Origin: Terracidiphilus sp.
GTDB lineage: Bacteria; Acidobacteriota; Terriglobia; Terriglobales; Acidobacteriaceae
NCBI GenBank assembly: GCA_049690595.1
Contig: JBAVMZ010000015.1
Coordinates: 1-39,245 of the forward strand
DNA length: 39,245 nt
Direction: 5' to 3'
The position numbers and the translations under genes are program-made. The first letter of the stretch is position 1; every line of letters starts with the position of its first letter. Below, piece by piece: positions 17,954 to 25,717 of the stretch. The notes under the pieces are model-generated. The model ran no database searches, was not told the origin of the DNA, and saw nothing but the letters and a program-made list of their open reading frames with translations.

Positions 17954-19234
17954 ATGGGCTCTCTGGAGCAGAGGACCGCAAGGCGTGTGCGGCTTGTGGC
18001 CGCGCTGAATCACAAGCAGCCGGACCGTATCCCAATCGACTTTGGCGGCTGCGCGGTCACCGGCGTGCACGCCAGTTGCGTGGCGGCCTTGCGCGACTAC
18101 TACGGGCTGGAGGAGCGCCCCGTGCGCATTCATGAGCCATTCCAGATGCTGGGCATGCTGGATGAGGATTTGATGGATGCGATGAGACTGGATGTGGCCG
18201 GCGTCTTCGCGCGCAACACCATGTTCGGTTTTGCCGCGGAAAATTGGAAATGCTGGCAGTTCAACGGGCTAGAAGTGTTGGTGCCGGGGAACTTCAACAC
18301 CACGGTGGATGCCAACGGCGATACGTTGATCTATCCCGAAGGCGACACGACGGTCCCGGCAAGCGGGCGCATGCCGCGCCGGGGCTATTTCTTCGATTGC
18401 ATTGTCCGCCAGGAGCCCTTCGAGGAAGAGGGACTGAACCCCGAAGACAATCTGGAGGAGTTTGGCGCAGTGACCGCGGAGGATCTCGACCACCTGGCGC
18501 GCTCGACCAAAGAAGCCGGCGCAACGGGGCGCGGCGTGCTTGCCAACTTCGGAGGCACTGCGTTCGGCGATATCGCATTGGTGCCGGCCCCCATGCTGAA
18601 ACATCCCCGAGGCATACGGGATGTCGCCGAGTGGTATGTCTCGACCAGCAGCCGGCAGGATTATATTCATCGGATTTTTGCGCGGCAATGCGAGATTGCC
18701 ATCGGCAACCTGGAGCGCGTCCATGCCGCGGTGGGCGACAGGGTCGATGCCGTGTTTGTGTGCGGCACGGATTTTGGCACGCAGACTTCCTCATTCTGTG
18801 CGGTGAAGACCTTCCGCGAGCTGTACCTCCCTTACTACAAGCAGATCAACGACTGGATCCATGCGCACACCGCGTGGAAGAGCTTCAAGCACTCCTGCGG
18901 CGCGGTGTACAAGTTTCTGCCTTCTTTCATTGAGGCTGGATTCGACATACTCAACCCGGTGCAGTGCTCGGCTACGGGAATGGCGCCGGAGCAGTTGAAA
19001 GCCGTCTATGGAGACCGGCTGGTCTTCTGGGGCGGCGGCGTGGATACGCAGAAGGTCCTGCCCTTTGGAACCGCGGCGGAAGTCCGCGAGCAGGTTCTGC
19101 GCCGGTGCGAGATATTCGCTCCGGGCGGGGGATTTGTCTTCAACAGCATTCACAATGTGCAGGCGAGAACCCCGGTCGAGAATATCGTGGCCATGATCGA
19201 CGCGGTGCATGAGTTCAACGGAAGGAACGATTGA
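17954..19234 (+). CDS. Uroporphyrinogen-decarboxylase-fold (MtaA/CmuA-like) methyltransferase
   Basis: ALNHKQPDRIPIDFGG, DFGTQ, KHSCG, DILNPVQ, VFWGGGVDTQ, GGGFVFNSIHN. GGAGG RBS before ATG 17954. Confidence 0.85.
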   Translation: MGSLEQRTARRVRLVAALNHKQPDRIPIDFGGCAVTGVHASCVAALRDYYGLEERPVRIHEPFQMLGMLDEDLMDAMRLDVAGVFARNTMFGFAAENWKCWQFNGLEVLVPGNFNTTVDANGDTLIYPEGDTTVPASGRMPRRGYFFDCIVRQEPFEEEGLNPEDNLEEFGAVTAEDLDHLARSTKEAGATGRGVLANFGGTAFGDIALVPAPMLKHPRGIRDVAEWYVSTSSRQDYIHRIFARQCEIAIGNLERVHAAVGDRVDAVFVCGTDFGTQTSSFCAVKTFRELYLPYYKQINDWIHAHTAWKSFKHSCGAVYKFLPSFIEAGFDILNPVQCSATGMAPEQLKAVYGDRLVFWGGGVDTQKVLPFGTAAEVREQVLRRCEIFAPGGGFVFNSIHNVQARTPVENIVAMIDAVHEFNGRND

Positions 19235-19264
19235 TCCGGCCGATTCCCGATTCGCGAGTTCTCC

Positions 19265-20746
19265 TCACGCTGGAAAACCGATGCAGCCGGCGAACTCATC
19301 CTGAAAGCTCGGGTCGGCGGCAAGGCTGACGTGCTCGATCGGGGCCAGCGCGGGCGCATCGGCGGAGAGAAGCAGCATTTTTGCGCCGCGCAGGGCCGTG
19401 TTGCCGGCCGAGTGAACGCGCTCCTCGGGCGTCTCGATCAAGCCAATGGCGATGGCGCTTTTGATTTGCAGATAGTTGCCGAATGCACCGGCCAGATGGA
19501 TGGCCCTCAGATCGTTCGCGCTCGCGCCCAGGCGATGGAGCAGCAGCCGGAATCCCGAGGCTATGGCGGCCTTGGCCAATTGCAATTCACGGATGTCCGC
19601 CTGGTTGAGAACCACCGGCTCTTTCACCAGGAATCGCTTGCTGCCATCGGCGATGCGTCCAGAAGGCAGAATCGCGCCGGTCTGAAGCCCCACGGCTACC
19701 GCGTCCACCAAGCCGCTGCCGCAGATGCCGCGGGCTTCCAGATTGCCCATCACGGTGGCGCGCAATTGGCCATCGAAGTGAGAGACGTGAGAGATGGCGC
19801 CAGAAACCGCGCGCATTCCCATGCGGATCGAGCCCGCCTCAAAGGCTGGTCCCGCGGCAGTGGATGCACAGACAATCCCGTGACGATTGCCGATGGCGAT
19901 TTCGCCGTTGGTGCCCAGATCCACCAGGGCGACCAGATCGCTCGATCGGGAGATGCCGGTGGCGACAATGCCGGCAAGAATATCCGAGCCGACAAAGCCA
20001 CCCAGCCAGCGTTCAAAGCGGATGCGGCAGCCGGGGCCGAGCGGCCAACCCAATTCTCGCGGCTCAAAGCACTGCACGCCCGGATTCGGGGATTGGAACG
20101 GGACATGAGAGAGCGGCTCGACATCGAGGCCGGCGAACAGATGATGCATCACCGTGTTGCCGACCAGAACCACCTCGAGAATCTCTTCCTCGCGGCCGCC
20201 GGCAAGGTTCGCGACCATCCGGCCCAGGGTGCTACGCACCGGACTGGTCAAATCGGCGCCGGAGAGCGCCGCGCGAATTCTGCTCATCACATCGGAACCG
20301 AAAGACGCTTGCGGATTGAGACCGGTCTCGACGGCGAGGACAAGGCCCGTGGACCGGTCGACCATTTGCGCGGCAATGGTTGTGGTGCCCAGATCGATGG
20401 CGATGCCAAGGCCGGGCTGGCCCGCGGCGGCGATACCGGTGTTGTCGGCGAGCACATCCATGCGCCATTGGCCGCACTCGAGAACGAGCGGCATCGCGGC
20501 AACTGCCTGGCAGGCGAGCCGCCAGCCGCAATCGAGTTCTTCGGGCGAAAGGACGGAGCGATCGTGCGGCGTAACGGGAAGAGAGCCTTCGAGCACGCGG
20601 ATACGGCAACCGCCGCAAACACCTTCTCCTCCGCAGGGAAACTCGACGCCCAACTGGGGAAGCGAAGAGGCCAGCGGGCTGCCCCGCGCCACATCCACAT
20701 TCACCGAGAGCGGCTCGAGTTGGATGCGCACTCGCTCTTGGCTCAT
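19265..20746 (-). CDS. ATP-dependent reductive activator of corrinoid proteins (RamA/RACE-type, 2Fe-2S + ASKHA/DUF4445)
   Basis: CGGEGVCGGC...RLACQ ferredoxin, IDLGTTTI, FGSDVMSRI, DLGTNGE, AAGPAFE, GICGSG, DIRELQLAKAA, AGAFG. ATGA overlap with the upstream gene. Confidence 0.92.
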   Translation of the reverse strand: MSQERVRIQLEPLSVNVDVARGSPLASSLPQLGVEFPCGGEGVCGGCRIRVLEGSLPVTPHDRSVLSPEELDCGWRLACQAVAAMPLVLECGQWRMDVLADNTGIAAAGQPGLGIAIDLGTTTIAAQMVDRSTGLVLAVETGLNPQASFGSDVMSRIRAALSGADLTSPVRSTLGRMVANLAGGREEEILEVVLVGNTVMHHLFAGLDVEPLSHVPFQSPNPGVQCFEPRELGWPLGPGCRIRFERWLGGFVGSDILAGIVATGISRSSDLVALVDLGTNGEIAIGNRHGIVCASTAAGPAFEAGSIRMGMRAVSGAISHVSHFDGQLRATVMGNLEARGICGSGLVDAVAVGLQTGAILPSGRIADGSKRFLVKEPVVLNQADIRELQLAKAAIASGFRLLLHRLGASANDLRAIHLAGAFGNYLQIKSAIAIGLIETPEERVHSAGNTALRGAKMLLLSADAPALAPIEHVSLAADPSFQDEFAGCIGFPA

Positions 20747-21483
20747 ACGGCATCCACGATGGACTCGCCCAGAGTGCCGCGCACCTGGGCTCCCGGCGGC
20801 GCCACCAGAAAGTCCGCGGCGGGCCAGTCTCCGTTGACCAGGCGTTCCAGCAGAGTCAGAGAACCCTGGATCTCTTCGAAGGTCCATCCCTGCTTCCCTG
20901 CCTCCGCGCGGGCCTGGACGCGGCAGGCTTCGTCGGACGCAACGCCGGTAGAGATATAGGTCAACCCGGAGTAGTGGCGGCGATACGCCTGAAACTCGTC
21001 AAAGAGATAACTCCCGTTCTCTTCTCCATATTGGGAAATGAGTTCCTCGCGCGTCCGCCGTGCTCCAAGCGTGCTTTGGGCCGATGCCCCGGCCGGTTCG
21101 AGCCATTGGTCCGGCGTCTGAAACTCGATCCAGCCGGGCGACCGATAGTAGACGCCGGGGTGGGCGTCGAAGTAGGCCTGATAGCGGAAGCGGCTTCCCA
21201 TCAGCAACCCGATGCAGTCGTGGGCGCGGGGAAGCACGAGCGGTGTTGCGCCGGCGCGCAGGCCTTCGGTCCCACGGCCGCAGAGCGCGTAACCCAGAAC
21301 GATGGCGTCAAAGCCCAAGCCATCCGCCGCATCGATGCGCTCCTGCAAGTGCGGGCGCATGGACGCACCGAGATCGTGCAGGCCCATGGTCACGAACTCC
21401 GCATCGATGGAATGAGGCGACCGGGAGATGACATCGTTCATCTCCCGCGTGAGAACCTGACAGATTACGGCTTTGAGGCGCAT
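20743..21483 (-). CDS. DUF1638 domain protein (corrinoid-methyltransferase associated)
   Basis: ICQVLTRE, GLHD, IVLGYALCGRG, PRAHDCIGLLMGS, YYRSPGW, GSLTLLERLVNGDW. Confidence 0.8.
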   Translation of the reverse strand: MRLKAVICQVLTREMNDVISRSPHSIDAEFVTMGLHDLGASMRPHLQERIDAADGLGFDAIVLGYALCGRGTEGLRAGATPLVLPRAHDCIGLLMGSRFRYQAYFDAHPGVYYRSPGWIEFQTPDQWLEPAGASAQSTLGARRTREELISQYGEENGSYLFDEFQAYRRHYSGLTYISTGVASDEACRVQARAEAGKQGWTFEEIQGSLTLLERLVNGDWPAADFLVAPPGAQVRGTLGESIVDAV

Positions 21484-21537
21484 GGTTTGACTGGCAGTTC
21501 TCCGCCGGCTGGAACCTGGAGCAAAGTCGAGAACCTG

Positions 21538-22929
21538 CTACAGGGCATAGCTGGCTTTGTCGTAGAGGCTACCATATTGCGCCTCCATCTCATCGATGAG
21601 AGCGTTCTCGTCCTCGGGAAGGGCGCAGAGCGCCTCGTCGATGCGCACGAGCCACTGTTGCTCCTTGCGAGAGAGATGGAGCCGTTCCTGGGCGAGGCCT
21701 TCCTTGAGAATGTCAGCGGCAACGCGTCCCGCGGCCAGCGTCCGGCGATACGGAGTGTCCGCGCCCACGATAGCGGCTGCGATCCGGATGGTAGCCTGCG
21801 GCGAGAGCACCGCGGCCTGCGGGCTCAGCCATTCGTCGGACGCGGTCATCCAGTTTCTCATCTGCAGTGCGCCACCGTTGCTGGCAGCCGCGACATTCAT
21901 CAGCCGGCAGTCGTAGGCAAGCAGTTCCGTGAAGACTTCCGGAGCATTTCCTGAAAGCAGGCGCACATTCTGCACCGATTCATTGCTCCACAGATCGCAC
22001 ATTGCGGCGGAGATATTGCCGAGCGGGCTGAAGTGCGCGCAACTTGCGGACTTCCCTTCCATCGAGATCGGGAAGCCGGTAATGGCCTTCATCACCGGAC
22101 CTTCGTACGCGCAATCCTTGGATGGGCCTTGGGCGCCCTGCTCGAATGCAGCCAGGCTGCGTACCGCGCTCATGGCCCGCACCACCGCCGCAAGCACCTC
22201 CGGCAGCATCTTCTGATGGGCAAGCTGCATGGCGGTGTTGGCAAACCCGCAAGCCGAATCGCCGCCTGGAATCACGTCAGGATGTTCGGCGCAAATCGCA
22301 ACGATCTGGCTCCATAGCCAACTTGTATCTCTGGGAGCGAGCACGCCCAAAGCAAAGACGATGCCGGGGAAGTCCCCATACATCAGCGCCTGGTCGTGGA
22401 CTTCCTTGCCACCGATGGACTCGACCGAGAGGATATCCGCGCCTGCCTCCGCGCAGAGTTCGAAGGAACTCCGCATGCACTCCCAGCCGGGCCTGGTTCT
22501 CATCTGGGGCGGCTTCAGGTGATCGCGCATGTCGGTGGGGGTGACCCGCAGTGCGCAAGGAAGATGGTATTTGTCGTAGCAGGCCTTCAGGTGCTGCTTC
22601 AGCAGGGCGGTGATCTCCGCGCCCCACTCCGGCCGCTCGGTCATGGGCGGAAGCAGCTCGAACTCCAGCACGATTCCAGGCGTTGCCAACGAGGCCGCAC
22701 GGCGCAGAATCTGCTCCGCCATTTCCTTGTAGTGGGCCACAACCCGGGCCCAGGTGGCATCCTCGATGCTCATCGGCGGCAAGGTGAAGTTGACCTCGGG
22801 GAAGACCTGGCCAGCGCCGATGGTCAACCCGAGTCCGCAGGCAAGAGGATGCGGACAGACGCCATACAGTAAAGCGTCCGGATCTTGAATCGCCAATGTG
22901 GAATACGTCCGGACAGGGGTCTCAATCAT
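21538..22929 (-). CDS. mtaB: Methanol:corrinoid methyltransferase family protein
   Basis: SVESIGGKE, GDSACGFANTAM, GPSKDCAYE (Glu/Cys/Cys zinc-ligand pattern of MtaB), EGKSASCAH, CDLWSNESV, LAYDCRLMN. Confidence 0.88.
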   Translation of the reverse strand: MIETPVRTYSTLAIQDPDALLYGVCPHPLACGLGLTIGAGQVFPEVNFTLPPMSIEDATWARVVAHYKEMAEQILRRAASLATPGIVLEFELLPPMTERPEWGAEITALLKQHLKACYDKYHLPCALRVTPTDMRDHLKPPQMRTRPGWECMRSSFELCAEAGADILSVESIGGKEVHDQALMYGDFPGIVFALGVLAPRDTSWLWSQIVAICAEHPDVIPGGDSACGFANTAMQLAHQKMLPEVLAAVVRAMSAVRSLAAFEQGAQGPSKDCAYEGPVMKAITGFPISMEGKSASCAHFSPLGNISAAMCDLWSNESVQNVRLLSGNAPEVFTELLAYDCRLMNVAAASNGGALQMRNWMTASDEWLSPQAAVLSPQATIRIAAAIVGADTPYRRTLAAGRVAADILKEGLAQERLHLSRKEQQWLVRIDEALCALPEDENALIDEMEAQYGSLYDKASYAL

Positions 22930-22933
22930 CTGT

Positions 22934-23572
22934 TCACGCTTTCTGAAGCAGGTCTCTGACGAGGCTGACGGCGTTGCTGGCGTTTTCGCTGTACCCATCC
23001 GCGCCGATCTCCCTGGCATACTCCATGGTGACCGGCGCGCCGCCGATCAGCACCTTCACCCTGGTCCGCACTCCGGCGTTCTGCAGAGCATCGATGGTTG
23101 TCTTCATGGCCGGCATGGTCACGGTGAGCAGCGCCGACATGCAGACGAACTGGGGATTGAGCTCCTGGACCGCGGCCACGAACTTCTCGGGAGCAACGTC
23201 GGCGCCGAGGTCGACGACCTCAAAGCCGGAGCCCTCGAGCATCGAGGCGACGATGTTCTTGCCGATGTCGTGCAGGTCGCCCTTGACCGTGCCGATGACC
23301 ACCTTGGCGGACAACTTCTGGCCGGAAGCCACCATGAGCGGACGAAGCAGCTCCATGGCGCTCTTCATGGCGCGGCCGGCCAGCAGCAGCTCGGGGACAA
23401 AGTACTCCTCGGCTTCAAAGAGGCGGCCGACCTCGTCCATCGCCGGGATCATGGCGCCGGAGATCAGTTCCATGGCGCCCATGCCGGATTCGATGGCGGA
23501 CTGGGTCAGGGCGTGGGCCTGCTTGGAATTGCCAACCAGGATTGCATCGTGGAGTTCGTTCAGGATTGCCAT
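22934..23572 (-). CDS. mtaC: Cognate corrinoid (B12-binding) protein, MtaC-like
   Basis: Cap domain (AMDEVGRLFE.EEYFVPELL) plus GTVKGDLHDIGKNIV, SALLT, GGAP; 212 aa. Confidence 0.92.
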   Translation of the reverse strand: MAILNELHDAILVGNSKQAHALTQSAIESGMGAMELISGAMIPAMDEVGRLFEAEEYFVPELLLAGRAMKSAMELLRPLMVASGQKLSAKVVIGTVKGDLHDIGKNIVASMLEGSGFEVVDLGADVAPEKFVAAVQELNPQFVCMSALLTVTMPAMKTTIDALQNAGVRTRVKVLIGGAPVTMEYAREIGADGYSENASNAVSLVRDLLQKA

Positions 23573-23581
23573 GGGATCACC

Positions 23582-24145
23582 TCATCCATTGGCCGGGCGA
23601 TTGAGAAGCGGCTCGGCGTGCGCGCTGTGAAGGGCCACCCGGCAGGCGCTGAAGAGCAGCAGGCTGGCAAGTGTCTCAGAGAGGGCGGCGTTGCGGAAGA
23701 AGGGCAGGGCGGCGACGTAGCACTCCGCCAGGCCGGCCCAGGTCTTGGGGTACATGGGCCAGAGTGCCCAGACCGCGAAGTTGCTGGCGACGAAGAAGGC
23801 GACCGAAGCCGCGAGGGTGACGCCGCCGGCGCGCAGCGCGGAGAGCGAGGAGCGAAAGAGGATTGTGCCGGCCAGGGCCATGGCTGCATAGAAGAGCCAG
23901 GTGACGGCGTGGTCCAGGGTGACGGCGTAACCGTAGGTGTGGGTGGTCAGGAAGCAATCGACGCCGATGAGGGTGAGCAGCGGAATGGGCAGCTCCCGCG
24001 CGGGGCGCATGGCGGCGAAGAAGAAAATGCAGGCGAAGACCGGAATGAAATTCCAGGGATGGGCCACCGCGAGGCGCACCAGCGCGATGGCGGCGATAAG
24101 CAGGTACGGTAGCAGAGTCCAGCTGATGGCAAAGAACCGTTTCAC
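23582..24145 (-). CDS. DUF6580-family membrane protein (putative vitamin/corrinoid transport component)
   Basis: GTG at 24145 after GGAGGA; hydrophobic; RL..HPWNFIPV, FFVASNFAVW...YPKTWAGLAECYVAALPFFRN. Confidence 0.75.
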   Translation of the reverse strand: MKRFFAISWTLLPYLLIAAIALVRLAVAHPWNFIPVFACIFFFAAMRPARELPIPLLTLIGVDCFLTTHTYGYAVTLDHAVTWLFYAAMALAGTILFRSSLSALRAGGVTLAASVAFFVASNFAVWALWPMYPKTWAGLAECYVAALPFFRNAALSETLASLLLFSACRVALHSAHAEPLLNRPANG

Positions 24146-24191
24146 CGGTATTCCTCCTGAAGGCGAATGAGAATCAGTTTGCGGCCAGGAC

Positions 24192-25211
24192 CTAGGCGTG
24201 GCCGGGCTGATGGCTGCGGGCATAGTCGCGCAGGGCGAGCATGTTCGTTGCGGTGGTGTCGCGGGGGACCTCGCAGCCAGCGCCGATAATGTACAGCGAG
24301 CCGGCATCCTGGTTGCACTTGGCGACGGTCTCAAGGACCTTCTCCACCGAGCCGTTGCGCATCACGTCGACGGTGGCGACATTGCCGAGGATGACCTGGT
24401 TGGGCATCTGCACGCGGGCGTCGGCGAGCGGAACCATCGAGTCGAGGTCGACGATATCGTAGCCGAGCTCACCGCGGCCTTTTAGGATGCGCCGGCTCTG
24501 GCCGCACATATGGGAGCGGGTGCGCAAGCCCATGGCCTTCATGCCTTCGACAAGCTTTTTGTGGGCCGGGAAGATGGTCCGCATGAAGATAGTGGGGCCG
24601 ACCAGCGAAGAGGCAGGATCGCCGACGCCCATCAGTTCGACGCCCGCATCCTTCTGCGCCCGGGCGAAGACGAGCTCCATTTCGACGATGAAGTCGAGCA
24701 GGTCGTTGACGAAGTCGGGGTCGTCGGTGAAGTCGAGCATAAGGCGGTTGATGCCGCGCAGATTGGCGGCCTGGCCGCAGGGGCCCTCGATCCAGCCTTC
24801 CACGATGCGGTCGCCGGCGACCCGCTCCTTGAGCAGAGCGGCGGCGTTCACACGGTCGGTCATGCGCCCCCCGCCAAGGGGGTCGGGGATCCTGAGGTGG
24901 ACGAGGGCGGCCTTGTCGACCAGCAGGGCCTCGGTCTCGTCGAAGGCGGGAGGCTGATCGTCGAAGAAGCGAATCGGAGCGCCCAGGTCGTGGGCCTCCC
25001 GGGTGGGGTCGGAGATGCAGGAGACCTGGTCGATGTCGAAGCGCTCGGCGGTGCGGAGTTGGGCCTCGACGAGAATCCGGTAATCGCTTACATATTGGCC
25101 GTATTTCACCCCGATCTGGTCTGCGGCAAACATCATGGTGATCGGCATATTGGGAATCCGATCGACGGGGCGATGGTCCATCATCGCCAGAACGCGCTCC
25201 CTGCTATTCAT
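24192..25211 (-). CDS. MtaA/CmuA-like methylcobamide:thiol methyltransferase (UroD fold)
   Basis: MNSRERV, EAHDLGA, EGPCGQA, GDPASSL; zinc-type HMC...GAGCEVP (HxC...C) motif. Confidence 0.85.
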   Translation of the reverse strand: MNSRERVLAMMDHRPVDRIPNMPITMMFAADQIGVKYGQYVSDYRILVEAQLRTAERFDIDQVSCISDPTREAHDLGAPIRFFDDQPPAFDETEALLVDKAALVHLRIPDPLGGGRMTDRVNAAALLKERVAGDRIVEGWIEGPCGQAANLRGINRLMLDFTDDPDFVNDLLDFIVEMELVFARAQKDAGVELMGVGDPASSLVGPTIFMRTIFPAHKKLVEGMKAMGLRTRSHMCGQSRRILKGRGELGYDIVDLDSMVPLADARVQMPNQVILGNVATVDVMRNGSVEKVLETVAKCNQDAGSLYIIGAGCEVPRDTTATNMLALRDYARSHQPGHA

Positions 25212-25329
25212 CGTGCCCGGCCTTCCCTGGAAGAACGGATAAGCATACACCTGGCAGCGGGGCGACGAGCAAGGGCGACATTAGAGGGCAGGGGAATCGC
25301 ATGAAGACGTGGACCGCAAGCAACGTGGT

Positions 25330-25537
25330 TCTTGAAAGGGCACGGCTTCTAGCCTGCCCTGAGCGCAGCCGAAGGGTGCCGCCAGCTCTGCCGAAAACTC
25401 CTGGGCTCCAGCCCCCGAGGGATGGTCCGGCATTGCAAAACGTCCCTCGGCGGCTAAAGCCGGGACCATCTTGCCCCTTCCGGCCGGCACGGCTAAAGCA
25501 CTGCCCGTTCAAGACCCAACTTATTCGGAGGTTACGT
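25330..25537. repeat. REP-like composite (GGCACGGCT../CGGCTAAAGCC family) ending in an IS5-like terminal sequence
   Basis: AAGGGCACGGCTTCTAGCC, CCTCGGCGGCTAAAGCC, GGCACGGCTAAAGCACTGCCC, then ACTTATTCGGAGGTTAC. Related fragments at ~2965-2995 and ~5745-5775. Confidence 0.55.
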
Positions 25538-25717
25538 TATACACACACTCGCAGCGTATTTCAGTTTCCCGCAAGAGCGCCATAAACCGGCCAGGGGTCA
25601 GTAGACCGGAGGTTCGAATCCGTCCGGGCCTAAATCCTCACCCCATCCGCGTTTCTCTCGCCCTTTCGGCAGGCGGCTTGGGCCGTTATCGCAGGGTTGC
25701 TCAGACTCCGTGCCCCT

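Noticed and set aside
21538..25211. Pyrrolysine/selenocysteine recoding in the methyltransferases
   Set aside because: All frames are open and of full expected length with no in-frame TAG/TGA; MtaB is not a pyrrolysine family.
25560..25635. Complete tRNA gene
   Set aside because: A T-loop motif is present, but no pairing acceptor 5' strand, D-arm or anticodon stem could be built.
25212..25717. Cobalamin or SAM riboswitch upstream of the mta operon
   Set aside because: The B12-box and other conserved riboswitch cores were not recognisable by eye; GGGAAGG near the start is explained as the RBS. An Infernal scan is needed to exclude it fully.
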